From Octopus vulgaris (lineage: Eukaryota), in the NCBI GenBank assembly GCA_951406725.2, contig OX597820.1:69192001-69256000 (forward strand): a DNA stretch of 64,000 nucleotides. The letters run 5' to 3'. Under the pieces are notes generated by a model. That model was not told the DNA's origin. It made no database searches and saw only the letters and a program-made list of their open reading frames with translations. The stretch's first letter is position 1, and each line of letters starts with the position of its first letter. A program made the translations under genes and the position numbers. This document shows positions 13,670 to 29,269 of this stretch, piece by piece.

Positions 13670-15254
13670 AATTTTCTAGAATATGAATAAATGAATTAAA
13701 TCTATATATTTCATATCTAATATTAGACGTGATCATGTTTTAAATGTTTGTAAGGTTGGCAGTGAGGGATTTGTATCAATCATTCAACACGTCATTCGCT
13801 TTTAATTATCGTTTCACCAGCTCTCTCATTACCCCTCTCTTTCCTCTCCTTTCTCTCATCCCTTCTCTCTGTATGCAAGGATGTATTAATGTGTGTGTGT
13901 GTGTGTGTGTGTGTGTGATATATATATATATATATATATACATACATATATAAGCCTGCCACTTTCTTTTCTTATATTTTCTATGTATATACACATTCAT
14001 ACATACTATCACACACCCTTTTACATGCTTAACATTCGGAAAGGCACACACGCACACACACACACACATACACATATCCATTCACAAACGCATACACACA
14101 CACAAATGCATGCACACACACACATAAACACGCGCACACACTCATACACTCTTTCTCTTACACACACACTCTCTCTCACACATACACAAATACACACACA
14201 CTTTCTCATACACATACACAAACATACACACACATTCTCTCTCTCACACATACACAAACACACACATTCTCTCTCCCACACACACACTATCTCTCTCTTA
14301 CACACACTCTCTCTCATACACACACGCACACACTCACACACACACAAACACACTCGCTCACAGACGTATACCCACACGTATACTCACTGACATACGCAAT
14401 TCTTAGGTGAAAAGACGGACGGGGGAGGAAGAATTAGTTTGTATCTCGCACAACAAACGAAAAACGTTTCCAAAACTTTGAAAAAAAAAAAAAAAAAAAA
14501 GTCTTCCACACCTTTTTCATCTAACTGATGCCAATCGACACTCCAGAGACACTCTGTGGCACTTTTAATTATGTTCAATTAGTGAACAAATGACATTTCA
14601 ATCTTTAACAACCCACTTCGAATTTACCATTATATTGGTACCGAGCCTGGAACATTCTAGTTCTAGCTCACAATAGCAGTCTCTATAACCAATAGACCCC
14701 CTCCTTCTACTACTCTGCCTAAACATTCCATCATTTTCGCGAAACGTATGCAAGTAAGATAAATTCTGAGATCGCATAATCTCCTAGTACATTGAACCTA
14801 GCAGTGGATTTCATTCGCCTTAGGCAGTGTGATGACCTTTCTTGAGGGTCTTCATTCTTCACCCTTCATATAGTAATTGGATTCAACTCAGTTTTTTCAA
14901 CTAATTCAGAATTTTCATTCAATCTCGTATCCACTGTGCAGTGTAGCTAGCATACTTCCGTTGGAGCTAATTCTTGGCGGGTGGTCTCTTTCCGCACTCC
15001 ATGCAAGTTGCATTAAAATCTACAACTTATATTTTGCTTCTTGACTACTACTACTCTTACTGCTACTCTCAACGAAACATTGGTTAGTCCGTAAAAATAT
15101 GTGTGTGTTTGCATGTGTGTGTGTATATATATATATATACGTATATGTTTGTTTTACCGAAATTTATTTTCGTATTTCATGTTGTTTACGTTTTGTGCCA
15201 TCCTGTACCCATATATACATACATATATACATACATACATACATACATACATAC

Positions 15255-15333
<79 letters not shown>

Positions 15334-15368
15334 CATATGTATGTATGTATATATGTATATATGCATAT

Positions 15369-15417
<49 letters not shown>

Positions 15418-15481
15418 TTATATATATATATTATATATATGAGTGTTGAACGCCACGCATCCATTCCGGCAAGTGGTGAAC

Positions 15482-15576
<95 letters not shown>

Positions 15577-17258
15577 ATGTGTGTATGTATGCATGTACGT
15601 ATGTATTACTTGTGTACATATACATTCATACAGGCACACACACACACACACACACGAACGTATATCCATATATGCATATGTGCGTATATTTGTATACATA
15701 TGTGTGTGTGTCTGTGTATGTATAAGATTATAGAAGATGGGGGAACAGTAAAACTCGACTAAATTTATTTATTTATTTTTATTGTTTTATTACTATTGAA
15801 ATTCATTCAAATGTATGTCAGGCAGAAGATGTCTTCCTTTCCGTTTTATTTCTTTTTAGTTTAATGTTTTTTAACATCTTCCTCCGACCGTGAGTCGTGT
15901 ACTTCATGGGTTTTCTTTATTCTGCACTTTCCCTACACTTCAGGAAATATTACATTATTTAATAAATATAATATAAAGCAATATATATATATATATATAT
16001 AAATCAAACTGTGACACAGATTTGACGAATAAGATAGAAAATAATGCTAAATTTGGGTTAAAGAAATCTGGTGATTGGTGGATAGCGGTCAACCATCAGC
16101 GTGATTTAATTCGTTGGTCAACAATTGAATAGAAGAGGATTGGACATGTTCTGGACAAAAGAAAGGGAAAATGTTTATTTTCTAAATAGGGAGAGCCAAC
16201 TAGGGACCTCGAGACAGCAGCCGAAATCACCTCTTATAGCAAATTCTAGTGCCTAGAAATGAAAACTATATATATATATATACACATATATATATAACAT
16301 GGGAAAGTACATTGGATGCTATATTTAATTTAAGTCTTCGATAAACTATGTTCTAATAATGGGGGAAAATACGGTGGGGAAAGGAGAACTGTTCAAGAGT
16401 GGATTGTCTTGGTAGTGATTAGTGATTTAAACAACATCAACAAAAGAAAATAACACAAATTTGTGTGATGTGTAGCTCTATAGCTTTAATTAAAAACGCC
16501 ATTAAGATAGTTAGAAGTAGACAATATGCCGTATGTCAGTATGAATGTGTGTGTGTGCATGTATGTGTCTATGTATTTATATATGGAAGTTTGTCTTGAT
16601 TGGTCTTCCCAACATGGACGTAATGCATCCCTCGCTTAAGTAGGTTTCATGTAGGTGAATGAAAATAAAAGAAGGTTTTAACTATAAATCTGTGATCTTA
16701 ATAAGAGATACCTGAAAAGAATGTATATACATACGTTGCATAGACTTATACTTATACATATACGTTACAATTATGCAATTTTCCTTTTTAAATTTCTATA
16801 TTCTATTTTTATGCACCAGAAATTGCCCAAGTTACACATTGACACACACGCACACTTGTTTGTTATTCAAAACTCAGAACAACAATAAACAATGATGACT
16901 TAAACAACGAGGCAGAACTGATTTATTATTATTGTCATTACTTTTTAATTTTATTATTGCTAACATTCTATTCGAAAAAGAGTGAAAAACGAAGCCAAAA
17001 CCGAACTAACAATAAATAGGAGTTGAGAGAAGACTCAGTTATCAGTGTGGTAGGACCGATATGTATGGCTGGAGGTGGTTGAATGAAGTAGGTACGGGAA
17101 AAAGAAGGCTTAAAGCTAACGAAAAAAATGGTAGTCAGACTGACCAAATTACAATATTGGCATTGAGAAGTAGATGAATGTTTGAATTACACTGGTAAGG
17201 CAAACTTAAAGTTTGTTAATCACAAATATATATGAGAGGGATGTGTATGTGCTGGCGA

Positions 17259-17309
<51 letters not shown>

Positions 17310-17382
17310 GGAGATGGAAGTATAATGTCGAAAGAATAGCTAGAGCATGAGTCAAAGGGATGGAAAACATAAACAAATACAG

Positions 17383-17431
<49 letters not shown>

Positions 17432-17989
17432 ACTCGGGGTCTCTGTCTTGTTGATATTGACAAAGAAGCTTCAGGCCAGCCCTAATCAAACAGTCATATG
17501 GTCAAAAGCAATCCAAATGCAACCATCCAGTCCTTGTAGAAACGTCATTATCGAAACATTACCCAATTATACCTTTTATTTCCCAAGACAGTACGGTGTC
17601 ATTTGAGGTAGATTTGGTTGCTACGTTTAGCAAGTTGAGTAACGTTACACTTAGTGAATCTTCTGCTTGTTTTAGTTATATTTCATGTTTTTACTCCACA
17701 AAGCCAGGCACAAATTCAGTAGCAAGATAATGTTTCCCATGCTTGCCACAAAGTGGATATATTCATAAACGTGTGTGTGTATGTGTATGTGTGTGTGTGT
17801 AAGTATGTATATACGTATGTATTCATATACACGCATATCCATATATATCCGTTCTCTATTAGAACTGAAATTAATCACCTGAAACTGGTGCCTTTGCACA
17901 AAGTTGCTGTTGTACTGAAATGAGATCTAACACCATCTTAGTAACCTTATATATATATGTGTGTGTGTATTTATATATGTATATTATAT

Positions 17990-18020
<31 letters not shown>

Positions 18021-18024
18021 CATG

Positions 18025-18055
<31 letters not shown>

Positions 18056-18096
18056 ATGTATATATATGTGTGTGTGTGTGTGTATGTATATATATG

Positions 18097-18147
<51 letters not shown>

Positions 18148-19016
18148 GTATATATGTATGTATGTATATGTATAGTGTGTATATACTTTCCATTTCTTTT
18201 CTTTCTGTCTTTCCTGCTTATTCTATTTATTTTTCCTTACACTATTATCTTTGACATGATACAGCGATACGAAGTATATTATTACATGATTGAAACCTAA
18301 CAGGTCTTTGGTTTGGTTCTTTGCTTGCTTTCAACAATGAATAACGACCAACAATCACACGTGAAGAAGAAAAAAAATCATAATAACAAGAATGAAAAGT
18401 ATGATAATAACCTAATTATTCGATTACCAAAACATGAAAAACACATTTGAAAAACAGAATGAAGTATAATATGTGTTTATTGAATTCCATCCTTTGGACG
18501 ATGAATGTGACGCAGAAATTCCACAACCAAGACGAAACGTAAAACAAAAATAAGATTGTAAATAGGCTTCGTAGTTTTTACTCTTATTATTTCATTTGCA
18601 TATATTTTTCTTCATGGCAATATCTAATGTTTGATATTGGAGCCAAAACTTGCCTACTATTACAGTTTATCGACCCCAGAATGATGAGAAAGATGGAGCA
18701 ATTTTTTATTTTAGCACAGAGAGAAAATCTATGGAGAGTTGTGTAGCAGATGGTGTAAGAGATGAAACACTCCAATGCCCTCACCTGTTTCGAGTATTTT
18801 GGCCTCCAACTTCACTTTAAGATGGCCTGGCTGCATCTAGATCATGACTCCTGTATAGCCCTCTGTTACCACTAAATGGTTGTTACTAATCTAAGTAAAC
18901 TATTTGTCTTAAACTCTAAAGGGTCTACCAATTAGTTAATGTAGTTAATCTAGTTTGTGTTGTTTTTGCGGTGATTCTGTTGTTGTTGTTGTTGTCGCCA
19001 TTATCATTTAGCCTCC

Positions 19017-19250
19017 ACAGGACGGTGAGCTGGCAGACTCGTTGGTGCATCAGACAAAATGTCTAGCGACGTTTTTTGCGGATTTTTCCGAGCTCTTCAC
19101 ATGCTGAGTTCGAATCACGCCAAGGCCAACTTTTACCTTTCGTATTTTCGGCGTCGATGAAATAAAATATCAGTCAATTCCTGGGTTCAATGTTGTGATC
19201 TTCCCCTTCCCTCAAAATTCCTGGCTTTAGAACAAAATTTGAAAGAGTTA
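19017..19250 (+). mobile_element. tRNA-derived SINE family B (older subfamily tail)
   Basis: Head GGTGAGCTGGCAGACTCGTT, B box GAGTTCGAATC, and body CCTTTCGTATTTTCGGCGTCGATGAAATAA. Confidence 0.85.
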
Positions 19251-19272
19251 TTTGAGTCCGACGATCACTGAG

Positions 19273-19664
19273 ATAAGTAGTTTGCTTGCCAACCACATGG
19301 TTCCAGGATCAGTCCCACTGCGTGGCACCTTTGGCAGGTGTTTCTACTATAGCACCTGGCCGACCAAAGCTTTGTGAGTGGATTTGGTAGACGGAAACTG
19401 AAAGAAGCCCGTCGTATATATGTGTATATATGTATATATATATATATGTGTGTGTGTGTGTACGTTTGTGTGTCTGGGTTTGTCCCCCCAACATCGCTTG
19501 ACAACCGATGCTGGTGTGTTACGTCCCCGTAACTTAGCGGTTCGGCAAAAGAGACCGATTGAATAAGTACTAGGCTTACAAAGAATAATTCCTGAGGTCG
19601 ATTTGCTCGACTAAAGGCGCTGCTCCAGCATGGCCTCAGTCAAATGACTGAAACAAGTAAAAAG
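19273..19664 (+). mobile_element. tRNA-derived SINE family A
   Basis: Near-consensus copy: CAGTCCCACTGCGTGGCACCTT...GGATTTGGTAGACGGAAACTGAAAGAAGCCCGTCG, then a microsatellite, then TTAGCGGTTCGGCAAAAGAGACCG...CAAATGACTGAAACAAGTAAAA. Confidence 0.93.
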
Positions 19665-20005
19665 TATTTGACATCAGCGACTCTGTGATTCATTGAATGT
19701 CTCCTTTGGGAAGGCGGTAAGAACAGAGCGCTAAGAGGTTATCATTTGAGGTTGCCATTTGTTAGGAGGCTGGACATCGACAAAGAACTATTCTCCTTGG
19801 CTCACCGTATTTTATGTTATGCTTCATTGAACCGAGTAATTAACATAAATCTCAGTAAATTCTGTCAATTATCTTTATACATATTAGTTGGTAATCAAGC
19901 ATCTACAATAGGTGATATATATTGTAATTATATAATTGTCTTTTCCTTTCAATGAAGCAGAGCTAGAACAGACTAACATCTTAGGATAGGAATAAGGACT
20001 CACAA

Positions 20006-20044
<39 letters not shown>

Positions 20045-21475
20045 ATCGAAACTGTAACTAGTCTACAAAATCATGTTTGACCAGTTCACCTTACAAGCTC
20101 CTCGAGTTTGTTATTGGCTTTGTTGGCGATGTTGTTAAACCCTGGACAATCGGTTTTGATTACACTGACTGCGACAACACTATCCAGTGGGTTATTGCCT
20201 AAACAAAGACGGAGGCATTTGATCTGAATCCAAGGAAACGTTAGCTGCTATAGCTAGCAGAAGTATCGACCACATAGGGGTTTCTTCCTTGGTTCGATCT
20301 GTTTTCTCATGGCTACTCTTAGTCTATGTATATATATAAGCAAACCAGAAGACTTTGTAAGTTACGGAGATAAAACAACTATGGAATAAGTCCTGGGTCG
20401 ATTTGCGCGACTAACGGCTGTGCTCCTGCATGGCCACAGCCAAATGACTGAAACAAGTAAAAGAGTAAAAAGAGTATATATACAAATATACACAGACATA
20501 CACAAGCAAGTCATTAGTCGTAGTCAAAAACATGTTTGTATCATGTAAGCAATAGGTTGCTACTGGTTTGTGCGTGTGTGTATACACACACGCACACACG
20601 CACACACGCACACACACATATATAAACAATCTATGAATACAAGTGCGTGATGGGTGTATACATATATTTCATATTTTTTGAGACATCATCACATTCTAAC
20701 TTTAATAATATTCTCAGAACTCAGTGCCAATCAACATTTTTTTCTTTACACAACATTTTATTTTATTCATATATATTGTTCTATTTATTTTGTTGATTAT
20801 TCTTGTTTTTTTTTTCATATCTCAAGAATTTCGGTATTTTTAACTAATAACATATATGTCTGCAGAATATCATGTCTTGTCTTGTCTTCTGGAATGACTC
20901 CAAAGATATATCCTTAACAATGGTTTTGCAGCTAACAGTTCCTAATTATTAAAATTTCCGTTGCCAGGAAGGTTATTAGTTAAGTATTGATCAAAATGAT
21001 TCCCAGATTATATGAGAATAAAAAAAAAAGAATAATATGATAGGGTGAGATAGGTGAGGAGATAAGCTGTTTTGGCATAATGCATAATGCAACATACAAA
21101 AATCCATTTCCTCTTGCTTCTACGAATGTTCTGTGACAAGTATTTCAGATAATGGTGAATGCTAGTGTAAGATTCATATAGACAATGCCAGTATTGAAAT
21201 GGGTTGTCGCCCTTATGTACTTATAAAAGCGCGTATATATGTAGGTGTTTATGTATGTGTGTATGTATGTTTGTATGGACGGATGGATGGATGAAATACG
21301 TACATACATACATACATACATACATACAAAAACACGCACACGCATCACATGCATATGTGTGTTGCATTTAATCAAAATTTGATAATTGCCATATGCAAAA
21401 TCCACGTCTTGTGGTGCTTCAATGACGTTCACATAAGTAGTATGTATGTATGTATGTATGTATGTATGTATGTGC

Positions 21476-21516
<41 letters not shown>

Positions 21517-21534
21517 GAGGCAAGGGTGTTGCTC

Positions 21535-21675
21535 TTATGACCATAAGACTGAGCTTTCGATGCCCGGACTGGGCGCTGCCTAGCGTTCTTAAGCAGAACA
21601 CTTCCTTCTACATTGCTCCAGTTCACTCAGCTGGCAAAAATGTCTAACCCTGTGACGGACGAACTTGCCATCTAT
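21535..21675 (+). mobile_element. Decayed SINE related to family D
   Basis: Contains TTGCTCCAGTTCACTCAGCTG, shared with the central domain of 10828-11161. Confidence 0.6.
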
Positions 21676-21719
21676 GTTGAAAGTATTTGTACGTCAAAAG
21701 CCTGGAAGCTGGCCTTTCG

Positions 21720-21765
<46 letters not shown>

Positions 21766-21955
21766 GTATCAAGAACCTATATTATCTTAAGGGGCGCTAA
21801 ATTAGTTTAATTTAATTTAATCTAATTTCTGTAAGTGAACTGATTGGATATGGAAACGGGTGTAGGACTGGAATTTTATTATATGTATTTGAATATCTTT
21901 AAATAAACTGATGTCTGCATGTCAATATTTCTCCTTTTTTTACTCATCTACACAC

Positions 21956-22013
<58 letters not shown>

Positions 22014-22422
22014 CACACACATACATACATATACTGACATTTTTCAGAAACATATATACCTATATACATACCTATATCCTGATAGATAAATAGAAAATAT
22101 TTGATCGTTTGAATTTTGCATAAAATGTATCCAACAAACGTCGAAATTGTCTCATTCTATCCAGAAACTTCGATCAAATCCGTCGTCGTCGTCGTCGTCA
22201 TCACCATCATCGGCAGTTGTAGTAGTAGTAGTAGGCGGTGGCAGTATGGAATATGTATGAAATATATCTTTATATTTATGTTTTTGTTGTTGTTGCTGCT
22301 TCTGATGATGGCGGCCATGAGGTAAATAATTGTGCTAGAATGACAGTTGTTTTGTTCATAAACATTTAAGATTGCGAGTCATCTGTAAAGCAAGATGGAA
22401 AGAGAGCCAAAACATCACCAAA

Positions 22423-22468
<46 letters not shown>

Positions 22469-22560
22469 GACAACAATAACAATGTAAATAACAATAGAAT
22501 CATTAATATCAGTAACAATAATGTCTAAAGGACAACAAAATGTAAACAGTGTTATGAGAC

Positions 22561-23102
<542 letters not shown>

Positions 23103-23199
23103 TGTGCGTGTGTGTGGGTGAACAACAAAACACAATAAGCACGGAAACAAAATGGAAAACGCGTAAGCACGGTTTGTGAACACAGTATAGGACTATAGA

Positions 23200-23359
23200 G
23201 CTTGTAGACAGGAAACTGTTACATTCTGTCACTCCATTGGCTGCAGAGAATGTTTAAGACCGCCTCAGGCATTATACCGACTTTACGGCCCAAAGCATTG
23301 ATTTAGTTGGATAGCTTTGACGAAGCTTTCAGCTCCACCTCACTGCTACTGACAAACTG
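23200..23359 (+). promoter_or_regulatory. Candidate promoter plus short non-coding first exon upstream of the RS-exon
   Basis: Unique island between microsatellites with an inverted CCAAT box (ATTGG at ~23236), ending at a possible weak donor CTG|GTATAT (23359/23360). Confidence 0.2.
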
Positions 23360-23754
23360 GTATATTTGTATATTTCTGGTGAAAAGCAGAGCCTCGCTTC
23401 ACAAAGTTCGCGTATATATGTTTATATATATATATATATACATATATATATGCTTATATTTATATTTATATATATATATATATATGATTACTTAAATGGT
23501 TCATTTGGTTTATGTATTGTGTGGATTCGTATTTCTCACTTATTATCAGGTGATATTTAAATACGCATATATGCAAACAAAACTGCTTACACTGACGCTT
23601 CTATATGTGAGTATGTATGCGTATGTATGAATGAATGTTTGTATATATAATGTGTATGTGTATATATATATACACATACACATTATATATACAATCATAC
23701 ATTCATACATACGCATATATACGAATGTATGTTTGTATATATAATGTGTATGTG

Positions 23755-23808
<54 letters not shown>

Positions 23809-24337
23809 GGTGGGTGTGTATATGTACCTATATATATATATATATATATATATAAATATATGTATATATACATGTATATATATGCATGTAGATATGCACA
23901 TATATATTATGTATATGCGCACACATGTATATACATATATCTTATTTTATATATATATGCATATACATATATATACATATATATACATCTGTATATGCAC
24001 ATATATATGTGAGTGTGTGTGTGCATAAACACACATGTATACACATACATACAAATATATACACATATGTATGTGTGTATGTGAGTGTGTGTGTGTAAGT
24101 GTGCATACTCTTACATACAACACCAAACGCATTATGCACATTTATGAATATTAAGCTTGAATGTGGTTGTAGACATTTGGCCACTCTGTGCGTATATGAA
24201 TATATGTGTATGATGAATATGGGAGCATGCCTCTCTTCCCCTCATTTGTTTTTATCTCTATATATATATGAAATATATTTCTGAATGATCCATATGTACA
24301 TACATAATATATACACACACACACGCACAGACACACA

Positions 24338-24424
<87 letters not shown>

Positions 24425-24469
24425 ACATTTGGTCTTGGATATATATCACAGTAAATTTATTTTGATATA

Positions 24470-24646
24470 GGCGCAGGAGTGGGTGTATGATAAGTAGCTT
24501 GCTTACCAACTACATAGTTCCGATCTCAGTCCTACTGCGTGGCACCTTGGGCAAGTGTCCTCTACTATAGCCTCTCAGGCCGACAAAGCCTTGTGAGTAG
24601 ATTTGGTAGACGGAAAATGGAAGAAGCCCATCGTATATATATATAT

Positions 24647-24687
<41 letters not shown>

Positions 24688-24708
24688 GGGGGGGGGTATG
24701 CGTGTGTT

Positions 24709-24750
<42 letters not shown>

Positions 24751-24950
24751 TCTTTGTATCCCCAACTTCGCTTGACAAACGAACAAACCATGCTGGTGTG
24801 CTTACGCCCTTAAGTTAGCGGTTCGGCAAAAGAGACCGATAAAACGAGTACTAGGCTTACAAAGAATAAGTCCTCACGTCGATTTGTTCGACTAAAAGTG
24901 GTGCTCCAGCATGACCGTAGTCATACGTCTGAAACAAATAAACGAGTAAA
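24470..24950 (+). mobile_element. tRNA-derived SINE family A, full length
   Basis: Head GGCGCAGGAGTGG, core GTGGCACCTTGGGCAAGTGTC, expanded internal microsatellite and the conserved tail. Confidence 0.93.
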
Positions 24951-25099
24951 ACGGTATAGTCCACTTAATTTTGCATGTGATACATATTATTGCATAAGCT
25001 ATTTTCAGATATACTCAGTCATGCATACAGATGTCATGTGTGTAGTTTTAATAAGCCATTAAAAATTTCTATATGAGATATTTTTTTGTTTCTTTGTAG

Positions 25100-25204
25100 G
25101 TAAGTTACTGATTTCACCACGCCGGCGAACCCTCTTCGCACTCCAGTTGGGATAGTTGCCAAGGGTAACATATCGATATGTTGGAATCGAATGACCTCAG
25201 CTGG
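25100..25204 (+). other. Recursive-splice site with 105-nt RS-exon (possible start-codon exon MLESNDLSW or MTSAG)
   Basis: Pyrimidine tract plus acceptor TTTTTTTGTTTCTTTGTAG (AG at 25098-25099) is directly followed by a consensus donor GTAAGT (25100-25105). A second consensus donor TGG|GTAAGT lies at 25204/25205. The intervening sequence is unique and GC-richer, with stops in all three frames. Confidence 0.6.
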
Positions 25205-25777
25205 GTAAGTACTTTCACTGGTTACTTGCAGAGCATATATATACATATATATATATTATATATATATACATAAATATATACATATATGCAAATAGGCATA
25301 TGTATATATTGTATGTATATGTATATATGTATATATGTATGTATATGTTTATATATGCATATGTATATATGAATGCATATCTATAATGTATATATGTACA
25401 TATACGTATATGAATATGTATATATATATATATGTATGTATGTATACATATGCAGAAACATATGAATATATCCGAATATATACTTGTATAAACGTACATA
25501 TATATACCTATATATATGTATAAACATATATGTATATATGCGTGTGAGTATATATATATATATACATAAGAATAGACGCATATATATAAGTATAAACAAG
25601 TATACATGAATACATATATGTATAAGCATATATGTATGTGTGTGCGCATGTATGTATAAACATATGTATATATATACCTATATTTATGTATTATCATGCA
25701 TACTCGAGTATATATATATATATATATATATATATGAATATATGTAAATATAAATATATGGATATAAACATGTTTAT

Positions 25778-25881
<104 letters not shown>

Positions 25882-26189
25882 ATGCATCTCCTTACTTCGT
25901 TGAGGTTTATATCTGTGAAAATAATTAAATAATTTGCTACGTAATTCGCAGCATTTTTTCTCCCATCCACAAAATTCGCATGCTTACGCGCATATAGAAT
26001 ACATGCATATTTATCATGCTCGCGCATATACACAGACATGCACACACACATACAAACACACACATACACACACACATGAGCATGTTTGCCTGAGTATGTG
26101 TTTACTCCCTCTCTTTGTCTCTCCCTCTGTTTCTCTCTCTCTCACACACACACATGCACTTATGTATATGTGTACATACACATAAAATC

Positions 26190-26228
<39 letters not shown>

Positions 26229-27569
26229 TTCTCCTTATATATGTACGCATGCGCGTGTGCACACGCATTTCACTTTTCCCCAGTCCTCACGGCTGGCTAA
26301 AGTCTGTGATGCAACAACAGACTGGCGGCTCTTTCCGTCGGATTCATTCATATATGTCATGAAACCCTTGTCTCGGAAAAAGGACCTTTGATCAGTGATT
26401 TTGTTTTTTTCACATAAATGTATATATTTATGTATATATATATATACAGATATATATCTATTTTGCTCTCGTTCTGATCTCATGTTTTCTTGTAAGGCTC
26501 CACTATCCTCTTTTTGTTCCCAACATTGACCCTCCAACAATCCTAAATTTTATGTTGGTACTTATGGGAGCAACTGTCTTCGAAGACTCATATTGTCATT
26601 CAATGCTCGAAATGAGGAGTAGGTAGACAGCCGACAACTGATGAAAGGTCGTTCTTTATGTTACTTGTCCATTTGTTTCTCTCGTTGTTTGTATATTGAT
26701 CTCAATTGTTTTCGTATTTTATGTTGTTTACTGTTAATGATGCCCTGTACTCATATATGCATGTGTGTATGCGCGCGCGTGCGTGCGTGCGTGTGTGTGT
26801 GTGTGTGTTTGTGCGTGTGTGTGTGTGTGTGCCGAATTATGATGATGATGAGAATTCCTGAATGACCAGCAATTTCGAATGGAGGGTTAAGACAACAGCA
26901 CTGACTCCGGTGGTTTGTTGTTTACCATATTTTTTGACCCAAAAGCGTGAAATCACTGTTGACCTGGACAATACTTGAACGCAGAGAATGAGCTCAGAAA
27001 GAGCTCAGAACACAGAGAATGGCAACAATTACTGCAAGGCATGTACTAATTTTATCAACCCCGTAATAAAGCAATATTGTATCTAATAATATAGATAGAA
27101 TTTGCGTGAAGGTAGTTTTTTTGTAATTAAATAGATTCCTTTAATTGAATGACATTTTATATTAGCGACATACATATATGTATGTATGTAAAATGTCCTC
27201 GGCGTATCAAATATGATAAAGAATTTTGTCGGATGCCTTAAGGATTGTTTCAATGAAGAAATAGGGATGCAACAGCACTTTATTTTATCGACCACAGAGG
27301 GAATAACAATTAATTTGCCTGAAGGCTCACGGATGAGCGGATATTAAGTGGGCAGGTTGTATTAAGTGTTCGGTTTTTACATAGAAGTAAGAGTTGTCAA
27401 TATGAAAGAAACCGAAACTGGACATGTTTGTATATAAACTTTACTGAGTTTTAAAATGTCCACTGAAAAGGTCTGTTACTTAGGATCATTGAAGAATCCC
27501 TTCTGATCCACAAGATTGCACTATACCAAAGATAATTGCCCTTCCCTTGATTTACAAAATCATAGTAAA

Positions 27570-28165
27570 TGTAGACCAATTCACTCGACCCACCCTCGCC
27601 ACATCCACATACATGTTAACAAATTTACCTGAATGTAACTCTTGAACCAGCCCCCAAATTCTCCAGATCGAACTTGAAATAAAACGAGCTTATCCGAAGA
27701 GGAATCTTTGTCTTCAGTCATTGAATCACATCCGCCACACAGCTTTATTCACTATAGCCACCACCCAGAGAAAAACCTGCTTATACTACCTCCTCAAAGA
27801 TATGCCGTAAGATGATCTTTACAAAGAACACAGTTTACAAGGTTATAAAGAGGTAGAATCGTGTTCGCAACGTTTTCAAGCGGAATCACCATACACTAAT
27901 TTGACAGGAAAACCATAAAAACGCCTGGAACTTCCATATCAATAGAGAACGGTTGAACGATCTTGCCAATAGTTTCTCGGACAACCCTCTGATCTGCTTC
28001 ACATGTGATGATAGTGGTTCAACTTAAATTCAGATGTCAGCATTGCTCAAACACTGAATGTATGTATGTAGAAATGTTTCGTCGATCTCTGTACATCTCA
28101 GCCAGTGTCACCCCACGGCACTTTTGTGTATGGCAAGTTTATCACGATCTGGATATTTCCTGGGT
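27570..28165 (-). mobile_element. Decayed L1/Tx1-like LINE, ORF2 C-terminal remnant
   Basis: Manual minus-strand translation gives RDKLAIHKSAVG*HWLRCTEIDETFLHTYIQCLSNADI, a degenerate CxxC..ET..H...C zf-RVT finger. It continues as KQVFLWVVAIVNKAVWRM and KFVNMYVDVARVGRVNW, with stops and frameshifts. Confidence 0.7.
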
Positions 28166-29216
28166 GTTGTCGAGAAAGTGAATGGACAGACGACATAGAC
28201 GATGGTGATAGTGACAGAGGTGTCAACCACAATGATGAGGAAGGTGATGATGAAGAAGATGATAATGATGGTGTGCCAGTGTATTGAAGAAGGGTTCCAT
28301 GATAATACTGCTGCTGTTGTTGTTTTCGTTTTGTGTGTGTAATACCAGAACTGGGTCTCGTCCAGAATTCGACTATGACAATGGTGGTGGGATGACAGTT
28401 ATGATAATTACGAAAATGATGAAGATGACGACGATGATGATCATCATCATGATAATGAAGCAGAGGAAGGAGGAGGGGAGGAGGTGAAGAAGGAAGACAA
28501 GGAGGAAGAGGAAGATGATGACTAAGAGGAAGGTGGGATCATAGGTGTCAATTGCAGCAAAACTACGAACGATGATAATAATGACCTCAGCTTCACGTTG
28601 ACATCTGCAAGCAGCAGCGGGAGCAGCATACAGGGGTGATTATGATATTGATGATTGCGGTGATAGTGGTTGTGATGAAGAGAGAGAAGAAGGCGGCGAC
28701 GGAGACTGATGTTAATGACGGTAGTCGTGGTGAAGGTAATAGCAATTATGGCATATCATAATTACAGTTGCCGCCGACATCATGCTTGCCGTCATTGTCG
28801 TCGTCATCATCGTAATCATCATCAGAATCCAATTAAAGTGGTGATGGAGGTGGTAGTGGTGGCGGCGGCGGCGGTGGTGGTGTTAGATAGAGTAGTGTAT
28901 CAAGAGACAGTAAGCCAGCGCTGAATTCAATTAGTTTGCCACATGTATAATAAAGCTATCACATCAGTCTCTCTCACTCTCTCTCTCTCTCTCTGTATTC
29001 GATTCATGCCAGATCATCATATTGTCTTTCATCCCTACATACACCCACCCTTTCAACCATTACACACCACCCCACCATAAAACCGGCTGAAGTGTGTTCC
29101 ACATATACAGAACGTGCCCTCTATTCGTCCGACTTATAATACCCCTCCTCTTTCTGAGTTATGTAGCCTTGTGCCAATATCAGTTGTCCGCCTCCCACAC
29201 TGCTACCCATCAACAT

Positions 29217-29247
<31 letters not shown>

Positions 29248-29269
29248 AGCAGTAGCAGCAACACCGAAT

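Noticed and set aside
16690-16730. Minus-strand TTCTTTTCAG|GTATCT junction
   Set aside because: The pyrimidine tract is short, the donor is weak, and there is no other support for a minus-strand transcript.
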